In this document: positions 49,369-60,169 of the stretch, in pieces
Layout of the letters: each line of letters opens with the position of its first letter
Position numbering within the stretch: position 1 is the stretch's first letter
NCBI GenBank assembly: GCA_016931315.1
Contig: JAFGFB010000199.1
Coordinates: 882 to 64,881, forward strand
Reading direction: 5' to 3'
DNA from: Anaerolineae bacterium
GTDB taxonomy: Bacteria; Chloroflexota; Anaerolineae; B4-G1; SLSP01
DNA: 64,000 nucleotides
Notes under the pieces: model-generated
The model's database searches: none
What the model saw: the letters and a program-made list of their open reading frames with translations, nothing else
Told to the model about the DNA's origin: nothing
Program-made: the position numbers and the translations under genes

Positions 49369-51971
49369 GCTCTCTCCTTTGGAAAGTGTGACGCGATATG
49401 GATAGGCGGCGTATTCCAGCTGCTGATATCGAGTGCGCGGACGGCTTCGGGAACATTGTGCCATGTGAGCGTCACGTTGCGGCATTCGCCTGGGAAGAGC
49501 GAGAAGTGATTGGCGTTGAGACCAGCGGCATCTAAACGCGCACTACCACTTGATTCTGGGGGACGTGCATCCTCTAGCCAGATGAAGAGCGCCGTTGTTG
49601 CCCCCGTGTTGGTCAGTGTGATGTTCCAGTGGGTCTCCAGCTTCTCGCAGGTACTGGCTATTGTTGTTGCGGGTACGGCGAAGAGTGGCGCAAGGGTCTC
49701 CGTTCGGCTGAAGATGTAGCGATTTGCCGAAAGCAAGGCGCCACCGCTTTCCTTAAGTATCAAATCGAGAAAGAAGATATCTTCCTCCAACCGTCCTAAA
49801 TCGCATGCAACAGCTGCCAGGTATGTAGCTGCATTCGCGGCGGCGCTTGCAGGGATTTCTTGTGCTGTATAGGTTTTGCCGCTTGCGCCGGTGATTTGCC
49901 ATGAAAGGATGCCTTTCAGAAGCTGAAGTTCGGAGTTGGAGACCCAAATCTCCGCTTCGAAGGTCGGCTCTCCTGCCCAGGCTTGCCTGGCAAAGCGAGC
50001 GGCGACGTGCACCGGTTCATAGGCTTGCACCACAGCGTAGTAGGCGGGTTTGGGGCGGGCAAAATAGTCTACCGCCGAGGTACAGGCAGCCATGGGAAAG
50101 GGTTCGTTGAATTGCCACGGTAGGGTGCCGCTGTTGTGCCATTTGCGGCGCCGGTCGGCCTCGATGGCGTAGCGTAAGCCATCCGCTTGCATGAATTGTG
50201 TGGCGCGCACGGCAGTTGCCACATCGGGAAAGGCGCCAAAGATTCTTTCCCACATGGGCGCCTTCACCCACCAGGCTGCCAAATGCATCCAAAGTGGGTT
50301 ATCCAGGCTAATAGGCGATTGGCGTTCCGGTGCGATGACGGCATCCAGTGTGCGCCGGTTAGTGATGCCCTCTACACCAAACTCTGAATGGAGCAGGGAT
50401 TGCCCGGCATTGTAGAGCGTGAAGTGTTGCGTGAGTCCCTGGTGTTCCCAGGGTCCGTGTACATCGTGCATCCCCAGCGGATTGCGGGCGATTGTTTCCA
50501 GCGAATTGCCGAATTCCGGTCCCGAGGATGAGGTTGGAAGCCAGTGCCGGTCGGGGTCGAGCCGGGCAACGGTGGCGCGCAGCGTGGCGAGTGCTGGATG
50601 CGCCTCATCCAGTGGCGTATCAGGAGCGGACATCAGCTCGTTGCCGCCACACCAGAGCGCCAGTGCGGGGTGGTTGCGTTTGCGCGGGATGATGCTGGCA
50701 GCTTCGCTTAGGAGCATGGCAACAAAAGCCTCATCTTGTGGGGGAGTATTATCTATGCCTGAGCTGGATTGAATGAATTCCTGCCAGATTAACAAGCCCA
50801 TTTGGTCGCAGAGGGTGTAGAAGTTCTCTTTTTCTATTAAGCCTCCGCCCCAGACCCGGAGCAGGTTCACGTGCGCTCTTTGCGCCAGGGTGAGGAGCTC
50901 CTCCAGTTTGGCAGGGCGCTCCACGCCGTAGAGAGCATCGAGGGGTACCCAGTTCCACCCTTTGATAAAACATTTGCGTCCGTTGACGGTGAGGGTGTAG
51001 TTGCGTGCGGATGGGTCGGGTGTGTCGTTGGAGATAAAGGTGATATGGCGGATGCCAAAGGTCACGCTGCGGCTATCCGAGATGGATTCGGGGGTGGTGT
51101 GCATGTCGGCGACAGTGATTTCTGCGGTGTAGAGCGGTTGCGCGCCGCAGCCATTGGGCCACCACAATTGTGGTTCAGCAATAGCGGTTTTCAGTGCAAG
51201 CTGCGTTTTGCCTTGCCGCAGATGGTGTTGACTGCATTGCGCGGCGACTTCCACCCCCTGCGGGTCCAGCAGCGTGAGGGTGATGGCGACTACGGTATCC
51301 TGTGTCGAATCCAGTGTAAGCTCCGTCGTGATGTTGGCGTTGTCGTAATCGGCATTCAACTGTGGGCGGACCCACACATCTTCAAGGCGAATGGCGCCTG
51401 TGAAGTCCAGATGAACGCTATCCCAGATTCCCAGGTGCACAATGCGTGGGCAGAAATCCCACCAGTAATTCATGCGGGTTTTGTGGGTATGCACCAGGCT
51501 GCTACGCCCGATTTGCGGTTGCTCCAGTGGCGCGAGCTCGAGCACCACGGCGAGCAGGTTCTCTTCGCCATAGTGCAATTTGTCGCCAACCTCGAAGGTG
51601 GCGGGTATGAACATGCTGCGGTGCGTCCCCAACTCCTCACCATTGAGGAAGATACGCGCCTCAAAATCCAATCCTTCGAAACATAAACGTGTTCGTCGCT
51701 CACGGAGTGTTACATCAATCACAAAAGTCCTTTTGTAGACCCAGCTGCGTTGCGCGACCCATTCTATGCCCAGGCTGTTGCGCTCAAAGGTCGGGTTGGG
51801 GATTTCGCCCGCCTGCCACAGATCATGTTGCACGCTGCCGGGCACAGTTGCCGGTATCCACCCGCGGGTATCCCTACTGCCGGGTTTGTGCGCTGCGCGC
51901 ATGCGCCAGTCAAGCCCTAAATATGGCTTGCAGCGCCAGTCGTTACCGTTGAGGGCCAGCGTATGGGTCAT
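49365..51971 (-). CDS. Glycoside hydrolase family 2 (beta-mannosidase-like)
   Basis: GH2 sugar-binding N-domain (LNGNDWRCKPYLGLDW...), an Ig-like domain and a TIM barrel with WCGGNE/NEP-type acid-base region. 868 aa. Confidence 0.85.
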   Translation of the reverse strand: MTHTLALNGNDWRCKPYLGLDWRMRAAHKPGSRDTRGWIPATVPGSVQHDLWQAGEIPNPTFERNSLGIEWVAQRSWVYKRTFVIDVTLRERRTRLCFEGLDFEARIFLNGEELGTHRSMFIPATFEVGDKLHYGEENLLAVVLELAPLEQPQIGRSSLVHTHKTRMNYWWDFCPRIVHLGIWDSVHLDFTGAIRLEDVWVRPQLNADYDNANITTELTLDSTQDTVVAITLTLLDPQGVEVAAQCSQHHLRQGKTQLALKTAIAEPQLWWPNGCGAQPLYTAEITVADMHTTPESISDSRSVTFGIRHITFISNDTPDPSARNYTLTVNGRKCFIKGWNWVPLDALYGVERPAKLEELLTLAQRAHVNLLRVWGGGLIEKENFYTLCDQMGLLIWQEFIQSSSGIDNTPPQDEAFVAMLLSEAASIIPRKRNHPALALWCGGNELMSAPDTPLDEAHPALATLRATVARLDPDRHWLPTSSSGPEFGNSLETIARNPLGMHDVHGPWEHQGLTQHFTLYNAGQSLLHSEFGVEGITNRRTLDAVIAPERQSPISLDNPLWMHLAAWWVKAPMWERIFGAFPDVATAVRATQFMQADGLRYAIEADRRRKWHNSGTLPWQFNEPFPMAACTSAVDYFARPKPAYYAVVQAYEPVHVAARFARQAWAGEPTFEAEIWVSNSELQLLKGILSWQITGASGKTYTAQEIPASAAANAATYLAAVACDLGRLEEDIFFLDLILKESGGALLSANRYIFSRTETLAPLFAVPATTIASTCEKLETHWNITLTNTGATTALFIWLEDARPPESSGSARLDAAGLNANHFSLFPGECRNVTLTWHNVPEAVRALDISSWNTPPIHIASHFPKERA

Positions 51972-51996
51972 GGTGGACGTTTTTTCCCCTGGTTGG

Positions 51997-54441
51997 TCAT
52001 TCCCTCTCCCGCTGTTCCAGCAGGTTTACCTCTATGGCTGGCAAGGCTGGATTACGGGGGATGCGGAAAGTTTTGATTTCATAGGGGGCGAAATCAGCAA
52101 CGATGACCCGACCCCACCTGGGCAGGTGCAACCGTGTATGCGTCGCTGCGCCGGTGCTCTCGTACCCCCGTAGGATCAAGTCACCGGTGATGGGATCGTC
52201 ATCTTCAGCACGCTTGATCACAGAGATGATGATGTTTGCGGCATCACTGTGCGCGAAGGAGGCTGTAAGCGGCAACGTCCCCTGTGGGCGCCCTGTGGCA
52301 ATCAATGCAAAGGGCCCGCGGTTGATCTCTGCCGCTTGCTGCACGACGTCGCTTTCCTCCCAACTGCCCTGGTGGGGAAACAGGCTGTAGTTGAAGTGTT
52401 GCTCCCCCTGGTCAATGAATGCATAATCCCGGTCGGGGTCTGGTTCTACCGGCATGTGATGGGCGTAGATAGGACTGCGTAGCACGGTCAATCCGATATC
52501 ACGCACCGTCACATCCACGCTGTATTTGCCATCGTTGAGCACGCTCAAGCCATAGCGGGCATCATTGGCGCGTGATGTGCCGGAAACATCTACCCAGCTC
52601 TGCATGGGTTCTTCATCGCCATCGGCACAGCGTTCAAGTGCACCATACGGGATTTCCGATGTGATTTTCATGAATTTCACGTTCACGGGGAAGCGCAATT
52701 TGAGCATTTTGAAGTGTTCATGCCAATCCACCTTGACCTGTACATCTACCCGGTCGAGTTCGCGGTAGAGCGTGAAATTCTGTATCAGTCGAGACTTGCC
52801 CCAGGCACTCTCGACGCGCAGCACAGCCTTGACGGGACCGCTTTCCACAATCTGCATCCGTTGTAACTCGAACTCTCCACAGACTTGATCGAAGCGAAAG
52901 CAGTTGTGTCCCCACGTATCGCTGGGATCGTTGATCACGACGGGACGCGCAGCGGGACCCGCCAGCACCTCCAGATCAGCTACTTTGTCGTAAAGACTCA
53001 CAAGGAAACCCGTTGTCGGGTCAAACGTGAGGCGCAGGCGATCGTTCTCCAGGGTTGTATCGCTGAACCGAACTGCTGTGACGTCAGGTTGGTCACCCTC
53101 GGCTACCAAGCGATAGACCCGGTACCCCAGCGGCGGCAGCTCCGCTATAAAGCTCATCCGGTCGCGTCCCCCCGCCGTTGCCCAGGAGCGCACACGTTGC
53201 ATGGCTACTGGCGTACCGCTTTCATCGGTGAGGGCGTTGTCGGCTTTGAGAGCGCCAATTTCCAGCTCGACATTGGCTTTCACTGCCCAGGCGTGTGGGT
53301 TGAAGACGACGATGGGCTTGACGCCTGCCTCATGGGGAATCGTCATGGACCATGCCAGGGATTGCACGGCATCATTGAAGGCGCGGTCAGCGATGGCGAG
53401 GGCTTCGCCGTAGAGCGCGCGGGTATCCTCATAGGCGGCTTCGAGACTGGTGCCCGCCATGATGTCGTGGAATTGGTTGAAGAGCACGGCGCGCCAGGCG
53501 CGTTCGAAATCGGCGGGATAGGGTTGCCCGGTAGTCCAGGCGGCGATTGCCGCCCATGTTTCGGCGCGCAACAGCGCCTGTTCTGCCTGACGATTCCAGC
53601 GTTTCACGCCGGAATGCGCTGCATAACAACCGCTGGCGTGATTCTGAAGTTCATCGCGCACAATGGGCAGGGACCAACCCTTTTCCACAACTGCATCGAA
53701 GAATGCTTCCAGCGTGCTGAACTTGAGCTGCGGCATATCGGCGAACTCATTCAGCCGGTGAATGCTGGCGATATTTTCTTGAGTGGGCCCGCCGCCGTGA
53801 TTCCCGACGCCGTAGAAGCAAGCGAATTCGTCAATGGGTGCTTTCATCTCAGCCGCGCAGCGCCGGGCGTGAATTTCCACATCCTTGCCCCAACTGAGGT
53901 ATTCGAAGGGGATGCGGAAAGCCAACACCCGTGACCCATCCGGCGCCTCCCACCAAAAGAGTCGCCCTGGCATGCCTTTTTCCTGTGGGCTGGGCCTGAG
54001 AAAGACGTAAAAATCCAACCCCGCTTTCTTGAGCAGCTGCGGGAGCATGGCGTGATGTCCAAAGCTATCCGCATTATAGCCTACACGGGCGGCAGTCCCG
54101 AATTTCTCCAGAAAGTAACGTTGTCCGTAGAGGGCTTGCCGCGCAAAGGATTCCCCACCGGGAAGGTTGCAATCGGGTTCCAACCACCATCCGCCAGCGA
54201 GCTCCCAACGTCCTTCGGCAACCCGCTGTCGAATTTCCTCGAACATGCCGGGATCCACGCGCTCAACCCAGCTGTAGAAGACCGCTGAGCTTGCGGTAAA
54301 GCAAAACTCTGAATCCTCGTTCATCCGGTCCAGCGCCGAGCGGAAAGTTGCCAGCACTTCTTGAAAGCCCTCGTGCCATTGCCAGAGCCATACTGGGTCT
54401 ATGTGCGCGTTGCCAATCATGTGTAGGGTTTGATGTTTCAT
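51997..54441 (-). CDS. Glycoside hydrolase family 38 alpha-mannosidase (second paralogue)
   Basis: MIGNAHIDPVWLWQW GH38 N-terminus with central and C-terminal domains. The start at MKHQTLHM (54441) is preceded by AGGAG; the ORF formally opens at 54522. Confidence 0.85.
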   Translation of the reverse strand: MKHQTLHMIGNAHIDPVWLWQWHEGFQEVLATFRSALDRMNEDSEFCFTASSAVFYSWVERVDPGMFEEIRQRVAEGRWELAGGWWLEPDCNLPGGESFARQALYGQRYFLEKFGTAARVGYNADSFGHHAMLPQLLKKAGLDFYVFLRPSPQEKGMPGRLFWWEAPDGSRVLAFRIPFEYLSWGKDVEIHARRCAAEMKAPIDEFACFYGVGNHGGGPTQENIASIHRLNEFADMPQLKFSTLEAFFDAVVEKGWSLPIVRDELQNHASGCYAAHSGVKRWNRQAEQALLRAETWAAIAAWTTGQPYPADFERAWRAVLFNQFHDIMAGTSLEAAYEDTRALYGEALAIADRAFNDAVQSLAWSMTIPHEAGVKPIVVFNPHAWAVKANVELEIGALKADNALTDESGTPVAMQRVRSWATAGGRDRMSFIAELPPLGYRVYRLVAEGDQPDVTAVRFSDTTLENDRLRLTFDPTTGFLVSLYDKVADLEVLAGPAARPVVINDPSDTWGHNCFRFDQVCGEFELQRMQIVESGPVKAVLRVESAWGKSRLIQNFTLYRELDRVDVQVKVDWHEHFKMLKLRFPVNVKFMKITSEIPYGALERCADGDEEPMQSWVDVSGTSRANDARYGLSVLNDGKYSVDVTVRDIGLTVLRSPIYAHHMPVEPDPDRDYAFIDQGEQHFNYSLFPHQGSWEESDVVQQAAEINRGPFALIATGRPQGTLPLTASFAHSDAANIIISVIKRAEDDDPITGDLILRGYESTGAATHTRLHLPRWGRVIVADFAPYEIKTFRIPRNPALPAIEVNLLEQRERE

Positions 54442-54505
54442 GCGTTCACTCCTGGTGTCGTTGAGGGTCACAGTTTGTAAATTGATTTGCCTGCTTCCCG
54501 TTCTC

Positions 54506-56356
54506 TCATGTGTGCTTACCACTTATCTGGTCTTCGCTTTGTTGCCGATGGCTATCGCCATTGACTGTGACCAACGCTTCAGCCTGCTGCCCAAAGCGCC
54601 GTGCACCCACGGTGATCTCTACCGCGATGCGTGCGCGGCGCGCGATCGTTGCCGCGATAACGGTAAAGCCTGTTTCGCCATTGCTGCGCGCCGCGAGCGT
54701 GAAAGGCAAGGGCGCCTTCGTGATCTGCCATCCCGCCGGGACAACCGGTTCGACGGTCACCGTTGCCGCCTCTGTCAGCGGATTCCGCACCTCCACAGTG
54801 AAATGGCTTTCTGCCCCGACGACGATTTCCGCCTGATAGGGCTTGATCCGTGCGAGGAAACCGGAATCGCCGAAGTCGTTTTCCTCCAGCGGTAGCAGTT
54901 CGTGATGCAACTGCTCCAGCAAGGCGCCGCGTTTTTCCAGGCGGTCGAAGTAATCCGGTTCCACCCACTGTGGCGCCCAATGCCCGGATAGGATTAGCTG
55001 CGGTGTGAGTCGCTTGTAGAGCGCCGCAGCCTCGCGGTAATCGCCCGGGGCGAAGCGATTCTGGTAAACGTAGTTCCATTCCAGTCCCGCATCTCCCTGT
55101 AGCTCATCGCCGGTTGCCAGCACTCGCACGCCATCCACCTCGAAAGCTACCGCGACAGCGTAACGGGTGTGCCCTGGCAGTGCATGGAGTGTGAGCGTGT
55201 ATCCCTCCCAGGCGACGGGGGTCTCCAGGGGCAGGCGGCGATCCACGGGGATAGGATCATACCACAGACAGGGTAAATCGAAGTCGCCCGGATGCTCCAG
55301 GATATCGGCGAAGTTCTCAGCTGCCCATACTGCGGTTCCTTCCACGGCACGTAGAAGGTTGCAGCCTGCGACGTGATCGTCATGATAGTGGGTGGGCAGC
55401 ACGACCTCTACCTGGGTGATGCCGAACTGCGTCTTGAGCGCCGGCAGGGTATAAAGCCAGGGTCGCCGGGATGCGCGATCGGCGCCTGCCGGAATGCCGG
55501 TGATGAAATCATAGCCGAAATCAATGAGGAGTGCTTTGCCGCTTTGTGACAACAGCACGTAGGTATTCGCCATGCTGGCGCGGTGCCGCAGTAGATGTGG
55601 GGTGATGGCTTCATAAGGGCGCTCTCGAAGCTGGAAGAGGCGTGGATTTTGGTTGCGTGCCTGCAACAAGCGCCATAGCCGTTCCACAAGCAGGGCAATC
55701 GCGGAATCAGGATCTGGAATGGGCGCGCCGTGTGAGGGGCAGAGCAGGGTGGGGCGATGCGTTTGCAGGTCGAGCAGGGAGGCGATGGTTGCCGCTGCTC
55801 CCTCGGCGCCGTTGTAGGTCCATTGCGTTGCCGCCAGGGACCAGACCTTGCCCGGTGCGGCGATGAGGTCGCCCGTGAATGCCACGTATTCAGCGCCATA
55901 GGTTGTGAGTAGTGTAATTGAGCCGGTAGTGTGCCCTGGCGTCGGGAGTACCGTGATTTCGTTCCCGGCAAAGCGGACATTCGCGTAATCCTCTAGCGTT
56001 CCTGTGAGTGGCACAGCTTCCAACAGTACGAAGCGGTCCTCACGGGTGTTATAGTTATTGAAGATGGGGCGACTCTGCCAATGCGCGTCTACGCTGTGGA
56101 AAAGGTCTTGTTCTGCGTGCGGCGCCCAGATACGCGCGCCCGCCGCTATTGCCCGCGGTAAGCCCTGCGCTTGATCCCGGTGATGGTGGGTGAGTAGCAC
56201 ATCGGTTACATGTGTGATACCAAGTGTGGGCAGCGCTTCCAGCACCTCTCCGGAGCCGAAATCTATCAGCGTCGCCTCCACGCCATCGCGCAGGATGTAG
56301 ACAACGCAGGTATCCTGGAAGCTGTATAACGTATTCGCGATTAGTTCTTGGTGCAT
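54506..56356 (-). CDS. Tandem MBL-fold metallo-hydrolase
   Basis: Two HxHxDH metal-binding motifs (LLTHHHRDQAQG and LPTHYHDDHVAG), each within a beta-lactamase-like domain. The internal start at MHQELIANT (56356) overlaps the upstream FGGY gene stop by 16 nt. Confidence 0.7.
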   Translation of the reverse strand: MHQELIANTLYSFQDTCVVYILRDGVEATLIDFGSGEVLEALPTLGITHVTDVLLTHHHRDQAQGLPRAIAAGARIWAPHAEQDLFHSVDAHWQSRPIFNNYNTREDRFVLLEAVPLTGTLEDYANVRFAGNEITVLPTPGHTTGSITLLTTYGAEYVAFTGDLIAAPGKVWSLAATQWTYNGAEGAAATIASLLDLQTHRPTLLCPSHGAPIPDPDSAIALLVERLWRLLQARNQNPRLFQLRERPYEAITPHLLRHRASMANTYVLLSQSGKALLIDFGYDFITGIPAGADRASRRPWLYTLPALKTQFGITQVEVVLPTHYHDDHVAGCNLLRAVEGTAVWAAENFADILEHPGDFDLPCLWYDPIPVDRRLPLETPVAWEGYTLTLHALPGHTRYAVAVAFEVDGVRVLATGDELQGDAGLEWNYVYQNRFAPGDYREAAALYKRLTPQLILSGHWAPQWVEPDYFDRLEKRGALLEQLHHELLPLEENDFGDSGFLARIKPYQAEIVVGAESHFTVEVRNPLTEAATVTVEPVVPAGWQITKAPLPFTLAARSNGETGFTVIAATIARRARIAVEITVGARRFGQQAEALVTVNGDSHRQQSEDQISGKHT

Positions 56357-57747
56357 TGCACGTAACCCTTTTCGTACAATTCCCGGTAGCGTTGATGGCG
56401 CTCTAAATCTGGATGAATCTGTGTTCTGGCAGCGCTGGGCGGTCCAGCATCCAAGATACCAGACCGGAGCCCTGCCAGCATCGCGGCGCCCCACAGGGTC
56501 GCTTCGGCATGGGGCAACACTGTAATGGGGCAACCGCAGACATTGGCTTTGATTTGCAGCCATGTGGCATTTCGCGTTCCACCGCCAGCGGCAATCAACG
56601 TGGGTATCTCGATACCCCAGACTTCTTGCGCTCTGCGCCGAATGGTCTCTATCTCATACGCGGTCCCCTCAAATACCGCTTTCGCGAGGTGGGCGCGGGT
56701 ATGGCAGCTGCGCAATCCCACAAAGGCAGCGCGGGCGTTGCTATTAGCGTGTGGCGCACCGGCGCCGGAAAGATAGGGGTAGTACAGAATCCCGGTTGGT
56801 TCCGGTCCGGCTTCTTCAAGCAACGTCGCGAGTTGTGCATACGAGAGGCGTTCCTCCCCCAAAATGCCCCGCAGCCATTCCACTGACCCCCCTGAGGCAG
56901 GTAGCGAACTCATCCAGAACATACGCTCCGGAGCCACGTGCGGGCCGAAAAGAAAACCGGAGGCGAAATCACACGCATCCAAAGGTCGGGATTTCAAAGC
57001 TCCAACCAACGTCTCGGCGGTGCCCATCGAATCGAAAACGGCGCCGGGTTCCACCACATCTGCTGCAAACGCGGCGCAGACGTGATCGTGCCCGGAAATG
57101 GCAACCGGCGTCCCCGGCGCTAGCCCCGCGATGGGGGAATGTGTGACGCCAATCGGTACTCCGCTCGGCAAGGTGGGTGGGAATAGCTTTGCATCCAGCC
57201 CCAGCTGCGCTAACCATGGCTCATCCCATGCATCGGCAGTCATATCATAGGCAAAGGTGCGCACGGCAAGTGTGGGATCGGTGGCGAGAAGTCCCGTGAG
57301 CTGCAAGGCTATGAAATCTGCCGTCGAAAGCCAGACCGCTCCGGAGAAATCGGCGCCTTGCTCGCGCAACCAAAGCAGCTTTGCAAGCCCCGATTTGGCA
57401 TTGGCGCGCAACCCGCTGCGGCAGAAGCGGGCGAGCGCGTCATTTCTCTGGGCAAGGTCCGCAGCCTGCGCCTCCGCGCAGCGATCGTGCCAGGCGAGCA
57501 GCGGCGACCGCGCCGCACCTGTGCCGTGATCTATCAGCAGTCCCGTCTCTGCCATGCTTGAGATGCCTACTACCGCCGGGGTGAACCCCTGTGTCGTTTT
57601 GGCAATGGCTTCTGCCACCACGCTCCACAGCGCTTCAGGATTGTAGATCGTGGGGCGCGTGGTGCTTTGTAGTAAAGTCCCATCCGCTTCAAAAAGACCC
57701 ACCTTGCAGTGGGTCGTGCCGATGTCAATTCCGAGCAACGTTGCCAA
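56341..57747 (-). CDS. FGGY-family carbohydrate kinase
   Basis: LLGIDIGTTHCKVGLF N-terminal motif and FGGY C-terminal domain (GGGTRNATWLQIKANVCG). Confidence 0.85.
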   Translation of the reverse strand: MATLLGIDIGTTHCKVGLFEADGTLLQSTTRPTIYNPEALWSVVAEAIAKTTQGFTPAVVGISSMAETGLLIDHGTGAARSPLLAWHDRCAEAQAADLAQRNDALARFCRSGLRANAKSGLAKLLWLREQGADFSGAVWLSTADFIALQLTGLLATDPTLAVRTFAYDMTADAWDEPWLAQLGLDAKLFPPTLPSGVPIGVTHSPIAGLAPGTPVAISGHDHVCAAFAADVVEPGAVFDSMGTAETLVGALKSRPLDACDFASGFLFGPHVAPERMFWMSSLPASGGSVEWLRGILGEERLSYAQLATLLEEAGPEPTGILYYPYLSGAGAPHANSNARAAFVGLRSCHTRAHLAKAVFEGTAYEIETIRRRAQEVWGIEIPTLIAAGGGTRNATWLQIKANVCGCPITVLPHAEATLWGAAMLAGLRSGILDAGPPSAARTQIHPDLERHQRYRELYEKGYVQCTKN

Positions 57748-57775
57748 AGGATAGCCTCTTGCAGATTCTTCGGTT

Positions 57776-58453
57776 TTATGAACCCTGCTGGGGCATTTTT
57801 TGCGTTAGCAGGGTCCGAACGGCCTCCATACCCAGGCGTGGGCTGGAAAGGAAGCGCTCGCGTTGGGCTACGGGGAAAGTTGCGGTAATGCGCGCCATAG
57901 AAGCCTGGGCAAGCACGATGATCTCAACCTCCCCAAGCAACCGCGTCAAGGCTTCTGCCAGGAGCGTGTCATGTCCGGCGCTGTCGCCTGCACTGAGGCG
58001 TTCAAAGGCTTCGGCGATGAGTAGCGGGCTGAGCGTAACCTGGCGTCCGGCAGCGATAGCTTTCTCCTGTAGCAATCGTACTGTGGGCCCGAGCGTCATG
58101 GGGACGGTTGCTGCAACACCAATGGTGTCGCTACGGCAAACGGCGAGTTCTGCCATCGGCGCATCAATCCTCAAGATGGGCACAGCAATATGGGGCTGTG
58201 CCAGGGTGCAGAGCTCTCCTACTGAAGAACAGGCATTGAGGATGATATCCGCGCCTGCCTCTTCGGCAAAATGTGCGTAGGCGATCCAGCGCGGTGCAAT
58301 GGCATGAATATCGCTGCCGTTTTTGCGCAGTTGTGGCAGAATGGAGTCATCCACGAAGTTGATGACCGTGGTTTGGGGCAAAAGTTCTTTTGCCAAAGCC
58401 TTGAGCGGCTCGACGGTGACGGTGGTGGTGTGAATGATGGCCAATTTCTTCAT
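57776..58453 (-). CDS. Asp/Glu/hydantoin racemase-family protein
   Basis: KKLAIIHTTTVTVEPL and two-Cys-containing half-domains, typical of the Asp/Glu racemase / arylmalonate decarboxylase superfamily. Confidence 0.75.
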   Translation of the reverse strand: MKKLAIIHTTTVTVEPLKALAKELLPQTTVINFVDDSILPQLRKNGSDIHAIAPRWIAYAHFAEEAGADIILNACSSVGELCTLAQPHIAVPILRIDAPMAELAVCRSDTIGVAATVPMTLGPTVRLLQEKAIAAGRQVTLSPLLIAEAFERLSAGDSAGHDTLLAEALTRLLGEVEIIVLAQASMARITATFPVAQRERFLSSPRLGMEAVRTLLTQKMPQQGS

Positions 58454-60168
58454 GGTAGCCTCCCGAGTGAGCGGCGATAGCGATCCCAGGTATTGCGCAA
58501 TAATGTATAATCGCTATCTTCTAATGGTTCTCGGGTATTGTCAATGGTGGTCGTGAAGTACAGCGAAGGCACTCCCAACTCCGGTTGCAGGTCGACGTAA
58601 GCCCGCCACATCTCACGGTTCGTAATGGGCCAGTTGTCGGCATCAATGAGCGCTTGGGGGCAGGCAATCCGTGCAATTCGCGCGCGGTGCGCCATCGCAG
58701 CGAGGACATCGCGCCCCGTGTTGATATCATTGAGGCGAATCATATCCATCACATCTGCCAGGTAGGGATGCGGTGTGTGAGTCATAATCAGTGCATCAGG
58801 TTTTATCCGTTTGGCTTCGTTATGGAGTAACGCCAGATATGCGCGCATCAATTCCAGCCCCCACAGTCCGCCGTGAACATGGATTCCGGGACCACACGGA
58901 ATGCGCGCGGTGAAGTCAATTTTGAAGCCGTCAGCGTCATAGCCTTCGGGTGAGAGCATGCGTTGGATGGAGTCACGTAGGGCGGCGGTGCAACCGGGAT
59001 GGGTGGGGTCCAGGGCGATGGGCAACCCGGCAGCATTGGTGATGCAGTGTTCTGCAGGCAAGCCCTCAGGATCCCAGGCTTTGAGCCAGAGCAACACACG
59101 TCGCCCTGCTGTATGCTGCGCTTTCACGAAACCGCGCAGATTGGGCCATTTTAGAGGATCGGCGATGTTCTCGCCGTAGGTCACCTGCCATTTGTCATCA
59201 ATCACTACCGTGCCAGGCTGAAGTTTATGGGATTCCAGGTCGTGCAGGAAGGTCTCATAGTGTTCTTGTCGGGCATAATCAGGCGCGCGCCTCCCCTCAG
59301 GGGCTGCGAGGGCGCATTGCGCTCCCCAACCGCAGAAAAGCGGCTCACGGTGCCAGGCGGGGTGGGTTCCCGAAGGGTTGGGTGCTGCACCGGTCGCTCG
59401 CAGCGCTGCGACATGGGCTTCTATAGCCGTATAGGGATCAGCCGCGAAATCAAAGCCGATGGCGGGAAGGCGGTAACTTCCATCCACGCGCGTATGCCCT
59501 TCATAGGCGAGACTCAGATAGAAGCTGTCCGATGCGCCGTGATAGGTCAATTCGGTGAAGCGGTTGGCGCCGGGCATTGCCTCAACGCCCAGTGCCACCC
59601 AAGTCCCCGGAAGTTCAAAAGCCAGGCAGAAGGGAGGTGGGGTGAAGAACCAATCGGCTTTGCCGGGGATAGGCACTCCGGTGAGGTTGATGCTGACGCT
59701 CTCTGACGGGCTGAAGAGCATCTGCTCCCGCGTGTTGGGTTCAGGGTTGAAGCCCCGCTTGAATGCGTAACCCGAGCGAAAGAAGCCCGAGCCCCAGCGC
59801 AGGTGCCCGGAATAGTACCCTCCGAAATAACAGACTTCGGTGAGCGCGCCCTCACCCTCGACTTCGATTTCATAGCTGAGGCGCTTTTCGGTGCAGCGCA
59901 GACGATAGGTTTTACTCCGCCATATGCTGCTGTTTGCATGTAACACCAGCGTGAGCACCTCAGTGTCTTCGGTGATTTCCCAGTTGCCGAGGGCTGCAGT
60001 GTCATCTTGCCCTCGCGTGCTGTGGACACTGGCGGGGATCAAGAGCTCGGCGAGTTTCTTGCCCTCTGCACTAGAGAGAAAGAGATAGGGTCGGTCGGGT
60101 TGTGTCGCCAGCGTGTAGTTCGCTGCGTTGAGTTGAAATCCCTGTCCTTCAGTGCTTTTGATTTGCAT
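58450..60168 (-). CDS. Putative glycoside hydrolase (N-terminal beta-sandwich + TIM barrel; clan GH-D alpha-galactosidase-like)
   Basis: VVIDDKWQ and ADGFKIDF motifs resemble the GH27/GH36 barrel. The start at MQIKSTEG (60168) is preceded by AAGGGG and lies 1 nt from the permease stop; the ORF formally opens at 60354. Family assignment is tentative. Confidence 0.5.
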   Translation of the reverse strand: MQIKSTEGQGFQLNAANYTLATQPDRPYLFLSSAEGKKLAELLIPASVHSTRGQDDTAALGNWEITEDTEVLTLVLHANSSIWRSKTYRLRCTEKRLSYEIEVEGEGALTEVCYFGGYYSGHLRWGSGFFRSGYAFKRGFNPEPNTREQMLFSPSESVSINLTGVPIPGKADWFFTPPPFCLAFELPGTWVALGVEAMPGANRFTELTYHGASDSFYLSLAYEGHTRVDGSYRLPAIGFDFAADPYTAIEAHVAALRATGAAPNPSGTHPAWHREPLFCGWGAQCALAAPEGRRAPDYARQEHYETFLHDLESHKLQPGTVVIDDKWQVTYGENIADPLKWPNLRGFVKAQHTAGRRVLLWLKAWDPEGLPAEHCITNAAGLPIALDPTHPGCTAALRDSIQRMLSPEGYDADGFKIDFTARIPCGPGIHVHGGLWGLELMRAYLALLHNEAKRIKPDALIMTHTPHPYLADVMDMIRLNDINTGRDVLAAMAHRARIARIACPQALIDADNWPITNREMWRAYVDLQPELGVPSLYFTTTIDNTREPLEDSDYTLLRNTWDRYRRSLGRLP

Positions 60169-60169
60169 A